Shown here piece after piece: positions 49,221 to 62,497 of a stretch of 64,000 nt of DNA; the first letter of the stretch is position 1; every line of letters begins with the position of its first letter. The notes under the pieces are model-generated. The model worked only from the letters and a program-made list of their open reading frames with translations, searched no databases and was not told the DNA's origin. The stretch spans positions 25,614,670 to 25,678,669 of the forward strand of contig NC_057718.1 of assembly GCF_004010195.1 (NCBI RefSeq). The letters are read 5' to 3'. Made by a program: the position numbers and the translations under genes. Source of the DNA: Chiloscyllium plagiosum. Its lineage: Eukaryota.

Positions 49221-51269
49221 TTCTGAATACTCAAGACTTCCCCTCTGCTCTTTAAGGAACACCTTGCTATGTTCTCACTCCAATTCCTCCAATCTGTGGC
49301 CATAGTCTGTACGTTTGTTTTATATCTTGTCACTTTTTTAAAAGAAATGCAGGGATCTTCCAAATATTTGCAACCAATATTAATCAATCAGTATGCCATA
49401 ATCCCAATCTGCACCACCACCTTCCACTACCATTCCACCCAACAACTACCTCCCCCCAACTGCATCTCTACCAAACAAATTGACTTGGTCATTCATTTAA
49501 TTTGCTGGTGTGTGACTCTGAATGTGTGCATTTCTTGGAATGCGAGCATTGTTGGCGAAGCCAGCATTTAATGGCCATGCCTAATTTCTTAGGAAGGTTG
49601 GCAGTAAAACAATTTGAACTGCAGCAGTCAGTGGTGGTGGTGTAGGTACACACTGTTCTGTTATGAAGGGAGTTCCAGACATTATGCAAATTATATTTAT
49701 CTATTAACAGTGATTGCACTCCAAAAATAATGCTTTGGCTTGGAAGCACTCTGAGAAGTTCTGACTCTGTGATATAGCTCTAAATAGACTCAAGTGTGTG
49801 TTTTCTTGTTCACATTTTTACATCCACCTTTTGTTTCTGGCAGAGGTTGTACACTCATTGCATAACAATCTGCTATTCATATCTACTAAATCACTGTATG
49901 GTTAGTTATTCATAACTTTTGTAAGTCCAATTAACTTCTCATTACAACCTTTATTTACAGCTAACAATCCATTGGACATTCATGAACTGTACAAAATAAA
50001 GTTGTCTTTTTATATACAAAAGGAAAGATTTAAAATCCCACAAATAACATTCATTGAAGGAATTCTTCTTAAAATATGACTTTTTTTTGTTATCTCAAAT
50101 AATCAGTTTATTTTGTATTTTTGATGATGATGGGAACTTTCAGTGGGCAGCTCAATTCAGCTTTGTACTTGAGCCTAACAGCAACAGCCAAGCTGAGCTG
50201 ATAGTGCCTGTCCTGACACTAGAGGCTGTTTGTATATTAGAGTATATTAGTTCCAGGTGAGGATGAGAACTAGAGGGGACCTCTGCAGTGCAATGTAGCT
50301 GATAAGAAAATGTCTTCTCCTCTTGACTCTGTATCCTGTCAATTTGTTTTTAAAAAGTAACTTGGTGAGCAATTCCTTTAAGAATTTCTGGTTAGGCTTC
50401 TTGTCATTCAGAATGGAGTAGGCCTTGACAAACGTTAACAGTGATACTGGAACAAGCATTGCCAACTTTAGATTTCTCTCTGTGCTCTCCAATCACATTT
50501 GGAGTAGAAGTAGAAGTAGATTTTTGTCTCTAAGCGGATAGTGTTATAACTATGATGGGAAAAATGTGCTGGTAATCAAGCCGCACGACTCCATCAATTG
50601 TACTATTTGTATAAATGTTTTGATTCATCACCAAAATATTCAATTGATCTCTTTTTGCATTACTGTCCAGAACCAGACAGACTTTTCCTGAGCTTCTTTA
50701 ATTAAATCAAAATAATCTGTTTATTAAAACACTAGACTTATTCTTAAAACATGTGGCAAATACAAGTTAACGTCAAAAATATAATCCAGGTATTAGAATT
50801 ATATCCAGTATTAGAATTAGATTTGATAGGGATTTTAAAATCATGAACAGGCTGGATAGAGTAGGTGAAAGAAACTGTTTTCACTCATAAAAGAATAAGA
50901 GAGGGAGAAAATTGCAGGTCTGGAGTTTTCTTCCTTGCAAATATGAGAACAGAAAACAAAGTCCAGGAAACATTGCTAGGTTACCATCAGAAAAAGGGCC
51001 CACCTAGTCCTTTCAAAGTCAGGTTTTCCAGCAGTTAAGAGCTATAACCTCTTCTCTCCTTAAAAGTTTTACTTATCTTTTTCTCTAACGTTCTTTGACT
51101 TTCTGTACATAGCATTACAGCACACACTAAACTGTTGACTTACTTTCCAAGAAGCTACATGTGTAAGACAGCTTTTCAATCCAGAAAGTCTCCAAAGAGT
51201 TCTGTATCTTCTGATTTGTCTGCACGTTAAAAACATAAAAAAGTATACTCAGCAGAAAAAAGTTTGATG

Positions 51270-51424
51270 CAGTTTGTTTAATTTATTGTTGTTACATGTA
51301 CCAAAATACAGTGAAAAGTGTATCTTGCATGATCTGCATGCTACACAGGCAGACTATACCATAAAAACTGTGTCAGGGATAACAGAACAGAGTGCAGAAT
51401 ACAATGTTACCGCACAGAGAAGGT

Positions 51425-51455
<31 letters not shown>

Positions 51456-52730
51456 TCAGAATTAACATTTGAGAGGTCCGTTCATAAATCTGATAACAAG
51501 AGGGAAGAAACTGTTCTTGAATCTGTTCATACGTGTATTCAAACTTCTATATCTTCTGTCCAATAGAAGAAAGTGGAAAAGAGTATAACTGAGGTGGGAG
51601 GGGTCTTTGGTTATGTGCGTTGCTTTCCTGAGGCAGCAGGAAGTGTAAACGAAATCAATGGATGGAAGGCTGGTTTGCATGTTGGACTGAGCTGTACTCA
51701 TGGCTCTCTGTAGTTTCTTGTGGAGCTGGGAAGAGCAGTTGCCAAAGCACACTGTGATGCATCAAGATGGGATGCTTTCTATTGTGCATTTGTAAAAATT
51801 GATAAAGGTTCTTGTGGGCATGCTGAATTTCCTGCGGAAGTAGAGATGTTGTTGTGCTTTCTTGACTGTTGTGTCAATGAGGGTGGACCTGGACAGATTG
51901 TTGGTGACCATCACTCCCAGGAACTTGACACTGTTGACCAACGCTGCCTTAGCACAGGGCATGTACCATCCACTCTGCTTCCTAAAGTCAATGACCAGCT
52001 CCTTCATTTTGCTCACATTGATGGAGAGAATGTTGTCTTTACACCATGCCGCAAAGCACTTTTTCTCTTTCCTGTATTCTGTCTTTTGTTGTTTGAGATC
52101 CGACCTCCAGTGGTGGTGTTGTCAGCAAACTTGTAAATGGAGTTGGGGCAGAATTTTGCCAAACATTATAAGGAGCCCAGTAGGAGCCTGAGTACACAGC
52201 CTTGTGGGGCACTGATATTGAGGACTTTAGTGGAGGAAGTGTTGTCACCCATTCTTACTGATTGTGGTCTATAGGTCAGACGTCAAGGATGCAGTAACAG
52301 AGGGGAGACCCAGGTCCTGGAGTTTAGAGATGAGTTTGTTTGGAACTGTAGTCAATAATTAGGAGCCTGATGTAGATATCCATGTTATCCAGTTGTTCCA
52401 GAGATGAGTGTAGTCCAGGGAGATGGTATCTGTTGCAGACCTGTTGTGCTGGTAGACAATCTGCAAATTATTATGGCAATTTGGTAGGCCGGAGTTGATA
52501 TGAGCCATGACTAACCTTTCGAAGCACTTTATAATTATGAAGGCCAGAGCCATTGGGCATTAGTCACTGAAACATGCTGCATAATTTTTCTTTGTCACCG
52601 GGATGATAGTGATCTTCTGGAAGCAGGTGGGGATTTCAGATCCTAGTATGGAGAGGTTAAAGATGTCTCTGAGTACTTCAACTATTCAACCTAAGATCTG
52701 AGTGCACGGCCATTGGACTCCATCTGGGGC
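51270..52730 (-). mobile_element. Rex1/Babar-type LINE fragment
   Basis: KCFERLVMAHI, VKFLGV...VKKAQQHLYF...FYKCTIESI, RFKNSFFP in ORFs 52359-52553, 51762-52016 and 51462-51752; (GA)n in the 3' UTR at ~51429-51455. Confidence 0.88.
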
Positions 52731-52769
52731 AGTCAAAAATGTTGCCTTTCCTAACCAGGTTCAATGACC

Positions 52770-52916
52770 ACTGGATGGGTATATGAATAGGAAGGGTTTG
52801 GAGGGATATGGGTCAGGTGCTGGCAGGTGGGACTAGACTGGGTTAGGATATCTGGTCAGCCTGGATGAGTTGGACCAAAGGGTCTGTTTCCATGCTGAAC
52901 ATCTCTATGACTCTAT
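52770..52916 (+). mobile_element. CR1 3' terminus
   Basis: Matches 15805-15945; (CTATGACT)n tail. Confidence 0.88.
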
Positions 52917-54304
52917 GGCCACTTAATTAAAATGTTTACTTATCATGATCACATCAGGATCAGATCCTTCTGGAGTCCTTGAGCTTCGCCATACTTAGAA
53001 TCTGTGGTTACATTCTGAAGAATGGCCACTTGACTGAAGATTCATGCAACTGTGGAAGCATTATAAAAACAGAGAACATTGGAAATGAAAAGTGAATTAC
53101 TCAAATTTTCAACACCGAAGAATTAATGAATATCCAGTAATGATTAGAGAGCAATAATTCAATTTTTCATTTCAGCCAAAGACTGTAAACTATTCGACTT
53201 TTGCTGTTGAGCTTGAAATAAGATTGCTTCCTTACAACAACTGCTGCATTTGCACTACATATGTATATCACATATCAAAGGGCAGCTCAATTGTATCAGG
53301 TCTTCCCCCCAAAAAAAAATTAACCTGCATTAGTAAATCCTCTGTTGTTATTTTTTGTTTAAGACATCCTGTGAATTAAGAAAATACATGATTTATCTGT
53401 ACCAGTTTCCCTAATATTAATCTGCTGATGAAACTAGATGAATGAGATTGCAAGTAAGCCATTTAAACAAATTTGAAGTGAATGCAGCAATTAAATTTGA
53501 ATTACCTGTATTTTCTTCTGGTGTATTCGATTTACTTCAAAATGTTTATTTTCATATTAGAAGAATCTGAAAACACTGTATAGTTGGCAGTGATTAGGCA
53601 TTGATCAAAAAGGTGCAGTAACTTTGCAATACTGATGTAGCTTATTTTTACCTTGTTGTGGTATTACCAGTAGAAATACAATTTTGGGGAATAACAGGAA
53701 GAACTGGATTGAAGACTGGTCCTGAAGAGTTCTTCCATACTTATTGGTGACTTTTCAATGCTGGATGTGTATTCTTTGAGGGAACCGAAAAAGCAGAAAG
53801 GAAATAACATGATTAAAATATGATTATGTGATTGGTACCAGTAAGCATCATGAAATAATTGACCAGTTTGGTACAAGACAGTGTGTGCAGAAATGTTAGA
53901 TAATTTGAAGGGAATGCTAAAGTTTATAATAGCTATCAGTTTACAGTAAATAATGTTTATTGGTACTGGAGTTTAAAGGACTGATTGACTTCACCAATAA
54001 TATTTGAACAAAATTTCAACACAAAAAGTATAAGACAGTGTTTATGTCTGCATTACGTCAGTATTCATTTAACATAAGTCTTGATGTAATGTTAGCATTG
54101 TGACTCAAAATCATGAGCTATGCCACAGAGAGTAATTACAATATGTTATGTATGAAATGTGAGCTTTGCAATCTAAATGATGCTTTGTAGATTTCTCTAA
54201 CACTAAAACGCCAATAAATTTCAACATGCAAATAAGCTACACTCACAACAAATCCCTTCCGAATGAATTGATACATTTACAAATACAGAAGCCTGATCTC
54301 CGAT

Positions 54305-54635
54305 TGTTTAGAATCCCTACAATGTGGACGCAGGCCGTTTGGCCCACTCTAACTTCCAAAGACCATCCCACCCCCTATCCAATTCCTATATTTTCCCCAC
54401 GACTAATTCATCTAGTCTGCATAACCACGGACATTATGGGAAATTTAGCATGCCCAATCCACCTAATCTGCACAGCTTTGGACTTTGGGAAGAAACCAGA
54501 GCACCCAATGGAAACCCACGCAGACACGGGGAGAATGTGCAACCTCCACACAGATAGTCATCCGAGATTGGAATCAATCCTGGGTCCCCGGCGCTGTGAG
54601 GCAGCAGTGCTAACTACTGAACCACCTTAGCACCC
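54305..54635 (-). mobile_element. HE1-type V-SINE (older copy)
   Basis: GGAAACCCACGCAGACACGGGGAGAATGTGC and GAGGCAGCAGTGCTAAC. Confidence 0.9.
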
Positions 54636-55486
54636 ATAGGTCTGTTACATCAATGTCTTACTGACATCTTGGGCTTTAAAGCATGCACAATGTTACGTTG
54701 ACATGCATTTTTTGCAAGATAATAATACAATTGTGTATTACACTGGAACTTACAAAACTCCATGTTGTATAATCAATGCCAACAGGAGATCTGCCAGTGG
54801 TTGATAACTAGTTTTGACAAGAATCAATGTCAGTGTATATTAAGTAATTTTAAGTAATTGTGCCAGATGCGCATTTCATAAATTAAACTATCTTAATCCT
54901 CAATTTCCGTTCTTGATCAGGTGTGCAGAGGTAGGAAAATGCCTGGTTTTGGGACCCTGACCATTAAAAGTACCTGCCCACACTCCCGACTTTCAGTCTA
55001 GGGTTAGGGATGGATTGGGGATCAGACTGGGCAACCCTGGAGGAGCTGAGGGCACTTGCAATTTCCACGTTTGCCCGTGCAGAAAGCCTGTTTAGGGCCT
55101 GCAGCACCATGTATAAGAACCAAACTAGAAAACTAAATTATCAAGAAAAATACTCCAGCCATTGCTCCTCACACCCCTCCCATCTCCCATTACTCCTACA
55201 TATTTCACAGGTCCCATCCAAGCTACCCAATGCCGACTATTCATCCCATGGCCCTTCATACTCCATGCCAGTTCAGTGCCTACTTCCGTCCATCAACATC
55301 CCCCCACCTCGCCTACACAACCAGTCATCTATAGGTACTCAACACAGAGGGTCAGCACATGCTTGGAGGGCTGAAGGACCTGTTCCTGTACTGTACTTCT
55401 CAGTTCAAAGTTCTATTACCTAAACTTCTACATTGATGGTTATTTTGGGAAAAAGCACTCCTATTCGTAAGAACACATTTTGAGTG

Positions 55487-55862
55487 GCCTTGACTTCTTT
55501 GACACTGTTTTAAAGGTCTTGCCATCACTTGGCACTTCTTGACACCTCTTAATACTTCATGATAGATTTGGACAATTCTTAACAGATCTTGCACTTCTTG
55601 ACAGGTATCACTTCTTGACTTCTGTTGATTTTCCTGCTCCTCGAATGCTGCCTGACCTGCTGTGCTTTTCTGCAACACTCTAATCTTGACTCTGATCTCC
55701 AGCATCTGCAGTCCACGCTTTCGCCTGGTATCACTTCTTGACAAGCATCACACATCAGCAGGTTTTGACACTTCTTGATAGGTCGTGACATTTTGTGACA
55801 AGCATTACTTCTTTACAGGTCTTTGACACTTTTTGGATTTTCTTGATAGGCCTTGACAAGTT
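55487..55862. repeat. Degenerate ~20-nt minisatellite (CACTTCTTGACAGGTCTTGA-like)
   Basis: Repeated CACTTCTTGAC/TTGACA variants. Confidence 0.75.
55620..55726 (+). mobile_element. PLE terminus inserted in the minisatellite
   Basis: CCTGCTCCTCGAATGCTGCCTGACCTGCTG...CCAGCATCTGCAGTCC; flanking GGTATCACTTCTTGAC at 55604-55619 and 55727-55742. Confidence 0.82.
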
Positions 55863-56574
55863 GAACAAGGAGGTAATGCCCTTTTTTTCATAAAACATGA
55901 AATGCAACTAACCTCACCACCCAAAGGATTTCTTATCCCCCCCCCACCCCACTAGTCACCTTACCACCATCGCCATGGTTTCCTGGGATCATACCACAGA
56001 GATACTTCAGTCCACGAAAGGGCCACCTTGGCTACCTGCAAGAAATGCACCAAGGATAGACCTGCTCTTACCTGGTCTAATCTCCACACACTTGGTTCCA
56101 AACACCAAGGATTCCAAAATCTAAGGATTTCAGTGGAGGCTGTTGATCATTTAAGTGGCCAGCTGCCTCTGCAAATTGCAGATGTAAACACATGGCCTGC
56201 CCCAGCAAAAATGAGAACTCCCCAGGTTCAGGGTGGGAAATAGCATTTTAGATGTCTTCTGAATTTCAATGTCAACTATCCCAGTATATTTGCAGGCTCT
56301 GGTCATTGGATAACTCTGTCTCAATATTTCTGCAGAGACTTTAAAAATGTATTTTACTGATCAACTGAGTGAACAAGTCATTCATAATACTCACATGTAA
56401 CTACAAGTGTTATTTGTTATGAATATATGAATTAGAAACAGAAGTGGATTAACTGCCCCCCTTTCAGTAACCTCCAGCGGAAGCAAGACAGTCTGTCCAG
56501 TACTCCTTGTGCTCACATTCACTAGTTATCAATCCAGTAAATCACATCAGGTCACCTGCAATTTGTTACATCCA

Positions 56575-57160
56575 TCCTCAACTAAGGAGACCAATACTGT
56601 ACATTGTATTTGAGATATTGTCTCTCCAATGACCTGTATAATTGAAGCAGAACATCATTGATTTTTGATTCCTCTTGGAATAAATGATATGTTTCTGTTA
56701 GCCTATTTATTGCTTACTGTACCTTCATATTAGTCTTTTATAACCCATGCTAGAACATCTAGATCTCTCTGCAGCTTGGAATTCTGCAGTTGTTCCCCTT
56801 TTCAGTAATAGTCTGATTTTTTATTCTTCCTGCCTAATTTTTCTCTGGAAAATTAATACCCGTGCATCTATTGCTTCACTAGCTACTTAGTTTAGGACTC
56901 TAGAGTTCAGGCACATGTCAGCCCACAGCTCCTTCCGTTTGCTCTGTGCCACCTCCCCGGATTGTAATTCCAAGTTCTTCTCTTCCTTCCATCTTCCTAC
57001 TTCCAGCTATGACTTGGCTGTTTCTTGTATCCTCTCTAGTGAAGACAGGAGCAGAGTATTTATTAATTTCATTTGTTATTTCCCTACCATCTACTATTAG
57101 CCCCCCATCCTCACTCTCTAGAGGACCAATACTCACTTAATTTGCATTTTTCCTATTTAT
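56575..57160 (-). mobile_element. Old, internally deleted CR1 fragment
   Basis: SIGPLESEDG...INKYSAPVFTRED (ORF 56918-57136). Confidence 0.7.
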
Positions 57161-57574
57161 GAATCTGTAGCAATCTGTGTTTTTTCAAAAGTCCAGCCAG
57201 TGTGATGAAGACTTGTATATAATTATTTGGGAGCATTCTAATGGTCAGAAATGCTTATTTTTAAAGCATTGGGTCAAGGAATTTTCATTTTCAAGAAATC
57301 AATGACTTAACTCAATATCCAAGGAAGTCACCTGATGAGATAATTGCTGAAGTTGAAGATTTGTGACCGAGAGAGAGAGAGAGGGCTCACAAGTAGGTCT
57401 AGTATGGATGTTTTAAAAAGTTCCATACCAGAAGAGAGGCAGTGTGTTGTTTTGACAGACTCTACACTATCGGAGCTGAAAAGAAATGTTCAACTATTTT
57501 AGCAGTCCACATAGACTAGGCTGGAAAAATTCTGAGCTATTATTTCACAGGAAAAGCGATAGCCTATTTGTATT

Positions 57575-57895
57575 ATTGCTAGACTACTAATGCAGAGCAT
57601 GGGTAAGGTTCTGAGGACATGGGTTTGAATCCTGCCATAGCAGATGTTGGAATTTGAATTCTATAAAATTCTGGAAACAAAGGTATAATGATGACCATTG
57701 TTGATTGCTGGAAAATCCATCTGGGTCACTGATATCCTTTGGGGAAGGAAACTACTCTCCTCACTTTTCTGGTCTACATGTGACTCCAGACCCACCAGTA
57801 TGTGGTTGACTCTTAACTGCTCTCCAGGTAATTAGAAACGGGTAATGAATGCTGGCCCAGCCAACAACACTAACATTCCATGAATGATTTTTTTT
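57575..57895 (+). mobile_element. tRNA-headed SINE ending in the 3' tail of the second LINE family
   Basis: B box GGTTTGAATCC; tail AATGCTGGCCCAGCC...CATTCCATGAATGA resembles the reverse complement of 1228-1300 and 41345-41410. Confidence 0.78.
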
Positions 57896-59711
57896 AAAAA
57901 CTTCAATACAGAAAAGCCAGAGAATTAGCCTGTATCTGTGTATCTCAGGGAGAGACAGCAACAGAATGAATCGGATCTTGTGAGTTTGTCGAAATTTACA
58001 GACTGGTAAATGTGGTAATGTAATGTAACAAAAATGCTACAAAAACAGCAATGGCACAATTCGCCTGATTTGACTGTGAATAGTTGAGAGAATTATGTTG
58101 GCAGAACACCACGCGAGTTCCCTGCTGTTCCACAAATGGAGAGTTAGCATCTTGAATGTTCATGTGATCGACCAGAGCCATTTGAAACCTTTTGTATTTC
58201 AAAATGGCTGCTCATTGTCAACAATGTAATTAAGATGGTGCACTCCCAAAATAAACTGATCAATGAGGCCATTGGCTTTGTTAAACTTTTCACATTCACT
58301 TCACATTAAACTGCATCCAACGGATCTTTGCTTCTTAACTTTTTTTTTCTTTTTCCCTCATTATTTTTAAATTAATGGCATAAATGAGATGCTTTTCATA
58401 AAATGCAGTGGACTCCATTTGCAAGTGTTCTTACTGAGTCATAAATTTGGCCTTTTTTGCACCAGAGTCTGTTTATGCACATTGTTTTTCACAGATTATC
58501 GGAATAAATGACCTGACTGTTTCTTTCTTGCAAAATAATTGTTCTTTTAAACCATGCACAGTGATATTTTATGAATGTTAATGATGGTAATGAATCAAAG
58601 AATTCATTAATAAATTTATCTTTGAAATGGCCTCGGCATCTTCTGTTGCATAAAAAACAAAGTCACTAATCTTCCATCTTATTTCTTTCTCTCCAGAGGC
58701 ACATGTTTATACTTTCAGTTTGTTTGCTGGAGTTATATGACCTCCAACCCCACCAGGCTGTGCTTTCACTTTAATTTATGGTATCCGTGAAGTGCATTAC
58801 ATGAAGCATGAAGTGTTGAGTTGAGATTGAGTAAATTTAAAGAGCTGCGAGAAAACCAACTGACATAAAAAAAAACATAGTGAGAAATAATTAAAAACTG
58901 CAGTCTGCAACATTGAAGTTTTGGATCGTCAGAATGACTTTGAATTTTCAACTGCCTGCTGCAGTTGAAAGTAAAGGAGATATGAAATAGAAATTGGATT
59001 AGTTCTCTTGGAACTGTGGGTTGAACCTTATAGGGGACAGAGTGACAAGGGCTATGGTGAGATGTGTATCAGACTCAACTGAGAAGTTTGTTGAGGCTCA
59101 TCTCAATGTTGAGAGCTTTTCATTCCATTTTTTATATTTCATGCGCATGGTGTGATGAGACACTTGCTGGGCAGCAGTGAGATGCCAATTGATGGGAATT
59201 ATCACTTGTTAAATGCCTTGTTGATGTCACGATTTGCATCATTGATATTTAGCCGCCCATTTTACGAAATTCACCAAACAAGCTCTTGTAAACTCAGCAT
59301 GGAAACCAAAGTATATACCTGGCAGATTCAGCTTGTTACTTGCTCCAAATGATATCACTTTTGCCTGTGACCAAACTGCAGGGCACAAGCAATGAGCACC
59401 AGTTGCATACAGTCCTCTTCCACAGATATTGGCATCTGCCATCCCATCACAACCAACCTGGCTCTTCACTTTTGCGATGATCATGCACTCTGGAAGCAAG
59501 GATTTGCCTTGCAAGGTGCATCAGCAACTTGCATTGAAAAGCTGTAGTGAGGACAACTTGTGCACAGGGACAGGCATCCAGTTTACAGACTGCATCAGAC
59601 TGCATCTCAGGGACATTCACTTGCTCTCTTAGCACTCACTCACTTTGCACCTAACTGCATCCTCACAGCATATCTGCCCTGCCTTTCCTTGGTTTCCCGT
59701 GCCTTGCCAAT

Positions 59712-60315
59712 TTTCTTTTTACAAAAATAAACTTTGTTCATAAAATATTATCATTCTGTATGTACACGGGTACTAAAGCAGTTCTGTACAGTACTCGAAT
59801 ATAAAGAGAAACAAACATTGGAAATTAACATTCCCTGCAGTTGCAAGGCCAAAGGCATTTCTTATTCATGCAGAATGCTATTTACATACTTTTTGAGGCA
59901 GAGACATGGTTTAATAACTGAGCAGACCCTCTTTGACAGAAAGACCTTAGCCACTGGTCTCTCCCCGCTGTGCCCCAAGCTTTAGTCCCTCAGCACATCG
60001 TCCTGGACCTTGGAATGTGCCAGGTTGCTGCCCTTGGTTGAGGTCAGTTCTCCGCACTGGAAGACCAACAGCTTACAGGCAGACCAAAGAACAACTTTCA
60101 CCAAGTTGATAGTTTGGAGTTGATGTTTGTCTCATTTTGCATCCCAGGGAACAAATTGTAGAGCGCAGAATCCTGCATCACAGAGCTGTTTGGGATGAAT
60201 GTCAAAAAAACCCACTGCATCTCTCTTCAGGCCTTCTTTGTCAAAAGCACATTCCAGCAGGAGATGTCTGACAGTCTCTTCACCCGGCCCACACTCCCTT
60301 CAAGGGCAGTGTGCA
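59712..60315 (-). mobile_element. Decayed Tx1/L1-type LINE 3' fragment (different from the 38.5 kb family)
   Basis: Minus strand gives EETVRHLLLECAF (CCHC knuckle remnant) and INLVKVVLWSACKLLVFQ...AHSKVQDDVLRD; T-rich tail at ~59712. Confidence 0.75.
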
Positions 60316-60809
60316 ATGGTGCAGAAATATTGGGCATACATGAAGGATCAATTGTGTAGTGCCAAGTTATATCTGTGTATTTGTTGGAAGTTCTGGTGAT
60401 AAGGCATTCTGTCAAAAGGGTTTGGATAGGAATATGGACAAAAATGGAATAGTGTAGGTTAGCTGGGTTTCGGATTGGTTTCACAGGGCGGCACAACATC
60501 AGGGGCCCAAGGGCCTGTACTACAGTGTAATGTTCCATGTTATATGCTCAATACTTCATAGTGTCTAGAAGAGTATGGAAAATGCAAGAAATAAATGAGG
60601 AAGGAAATTAGAAAAGCAAAAAATGAGCATGAAAACATACTAGCAAATAAAACACAAAGAGGTTCTGCCTCCTTCCCTGCCAGTAACTGGAGCCAGTGAG
60701 TGTCAGCAGACTACTTGATTTACTTCCTCACTTGGCATTCACTTAGTCCACAGAAAGATCATTTGCTGGCTATCGAAAGTAAGAATATCACCTGATTTGC
60801 ATCATCTGC

Positions 60810-60840
<31 letters not shown>

Positions 60841-60849
60841 TCAAAAAGA

Positions 60850-61252
60850 GAGACCTGGGAGTTCAAGGCTTCATTGCTCAGACCATTGAGTAAAGGGGTT
60901 GGGACATCATGTTGAGATTGTATAGGACATTGATGAGGCCACATTTCTGGTTGTCCTGCTGTAGGGAATATATTATTAAATTGGAGAGGATTCAGAAAAG
61001 ATTTACCAGAGTGTGGCTGGAACTGGAGGGTTTGAGTTGTGAGGAGATGCTGGATAAGCTTGGACGTTTTTCACTAGAACATAGGAGGCTGACAGATCGA
61101 AGTTTTTAAAATCATGAGGGGCATAGATAAAATGAATAGCAAATTTCTTTTCCCTGGGATGGAGAGTTGACAACTAGGGTGTATCTGCGTAAGGTGAGAG
61201 GAAAAAAAATTAAAAGAGACCTGAGAGGAAACTTTCTTCACACAGAGGGTGG
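60850..61252 (+). mobile_element. CR1 3' fragment between (CA)n tracts
   Basis: MLRLYRTLMRPH...LERIQKRFTR...LEHRRL. Confidence 0.88.
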
Positions 61253-62185
61253 ACACACACACACACACCAACACACATGCACCCCAACACACACACCAAC
61301 ACACACACACCCCAACTCTCACACACACACACCTACATACACACACAAACACACCTACACACACATTCACNNNNNNNNNNNNNNNNNNNNNNNNNNNNNN
61401 NNNNNNNNNNNNNNNNNNNNNNNNNNNNNNNNNNNNNNNNNNNNNNNNNNNNNNNNNNNNNNNNNNNNNNNNNNNNNNNNNNNNNNNNNNNNNNNNNNNN
61501 NNNNNNNNNNNNNNNNNNNNNNNNNNNNNNNNNNNNNNNNNNNNNNNNNNNNNNNNNNNNNNNNNNNNNNNNNNNNNNNNNNNNNNNNNNNNNNNNNNNN
61601 NNNNNNNNNNNNNNNNNNNNNNNNNNNNNNNNNNNNNNNNNNNNNNNNNNNNNNNNNNNNNNNNNNNNNNNNNNNNNNNNNNNNNNNNNNNNNNNNNNNN
61701 NNNNNNNNNNNNNNNNNNNNNNNNNNNNNNNNNNNNNNNNNNNNNNNNNNNNNNNNNNNNNNNNNNNNNNNNNNNNNNNNNNNNNNNNNNNNNNNNNNNN
61801 NNNNNNNNNNNNNNNNNNNNNNNNNNNNNNNNNNNNNNNNNNNNNNNNNNNNNNNNNNNNNNNNNNNNNNNNNNNNNNNNNNNNNNNNNNNNNNNNNNNN
61901 NNNNNNNNNNNNNNNNNNNNNNNNNNNNNNNNNNNNNNNNNNNNNNNNNNNNNNNNNNNNNNNNNNNNNNNNNNNNNNNNNNNNNNNNNNNNNNNNNNNN
62001 NNNNNNNNNNNNNNNNNNNNNNNNNNNNNNNNNNNNNNNNNNNNNNNNNNNNNNNNNNNNNNNNNNNNNNNNNNNNNNNNNNNNNNNNNNNNNNNNNNNN
62101 NNNNNNNNNNNNNNNNNNNNNNNNNNACATAGACACACACACACACACACTCACACACTCACACTCACTCACACACACACACACG
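61253..62185. repeat. (CA)n-rich microsatellite flanking assembly gap 61371-62126
   Basis: CA repeats on both sides of the N run; also pure (CA)n at 60815-60840. Confidence 0.95.
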
Positions 62186-62421
62186 CGCGTTGGACTTAAT
62201 TGCTCACAGACTTGCAATCTTATTCGTACTCATCTGTGCAAAATGTATGGCAGGCATTTCATCTTAGTGCCAAAGTAGAAGTTACCCAAAGGAAACTCCT
62301 GGTCTTTGATGTTTCTTTTGTTACCCCAGTATAATGTTGCCTGTCTTCTCTTGTTTCCAGCAAACTGGTGGATTGAATTCATGAAACATCTGTCATTCCT
62401 ACAATAGTCACACGTTCCACG

Positions 62422-62497
62422 TAGATGAGCGTTGAATCTAAATAGCTAGATGAATGTTGAATCTAAATATCTAAATGAGTGTTGAGTCATAAATATC
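62422..62497. repeat. Three tandem copies of a 25-bp unit
   Basis: TAGATGAGCGTTGAATCTAAATAGC / TAGATGAATGTTGAATCTAAATATC / TAAATGAGTGTTGAGTCATAAATATC. Confidence 0.85.

Noticed and set aside
53652..53773. Possible minus-strand exon (pyrimidine tract, AAG acceptor, AG/GTAAAA donor)
   Set aside because: All three frames hit a stop, no recognisable protein and no partner exons; a non-coding exon cannot be excluded without RNA-seq.
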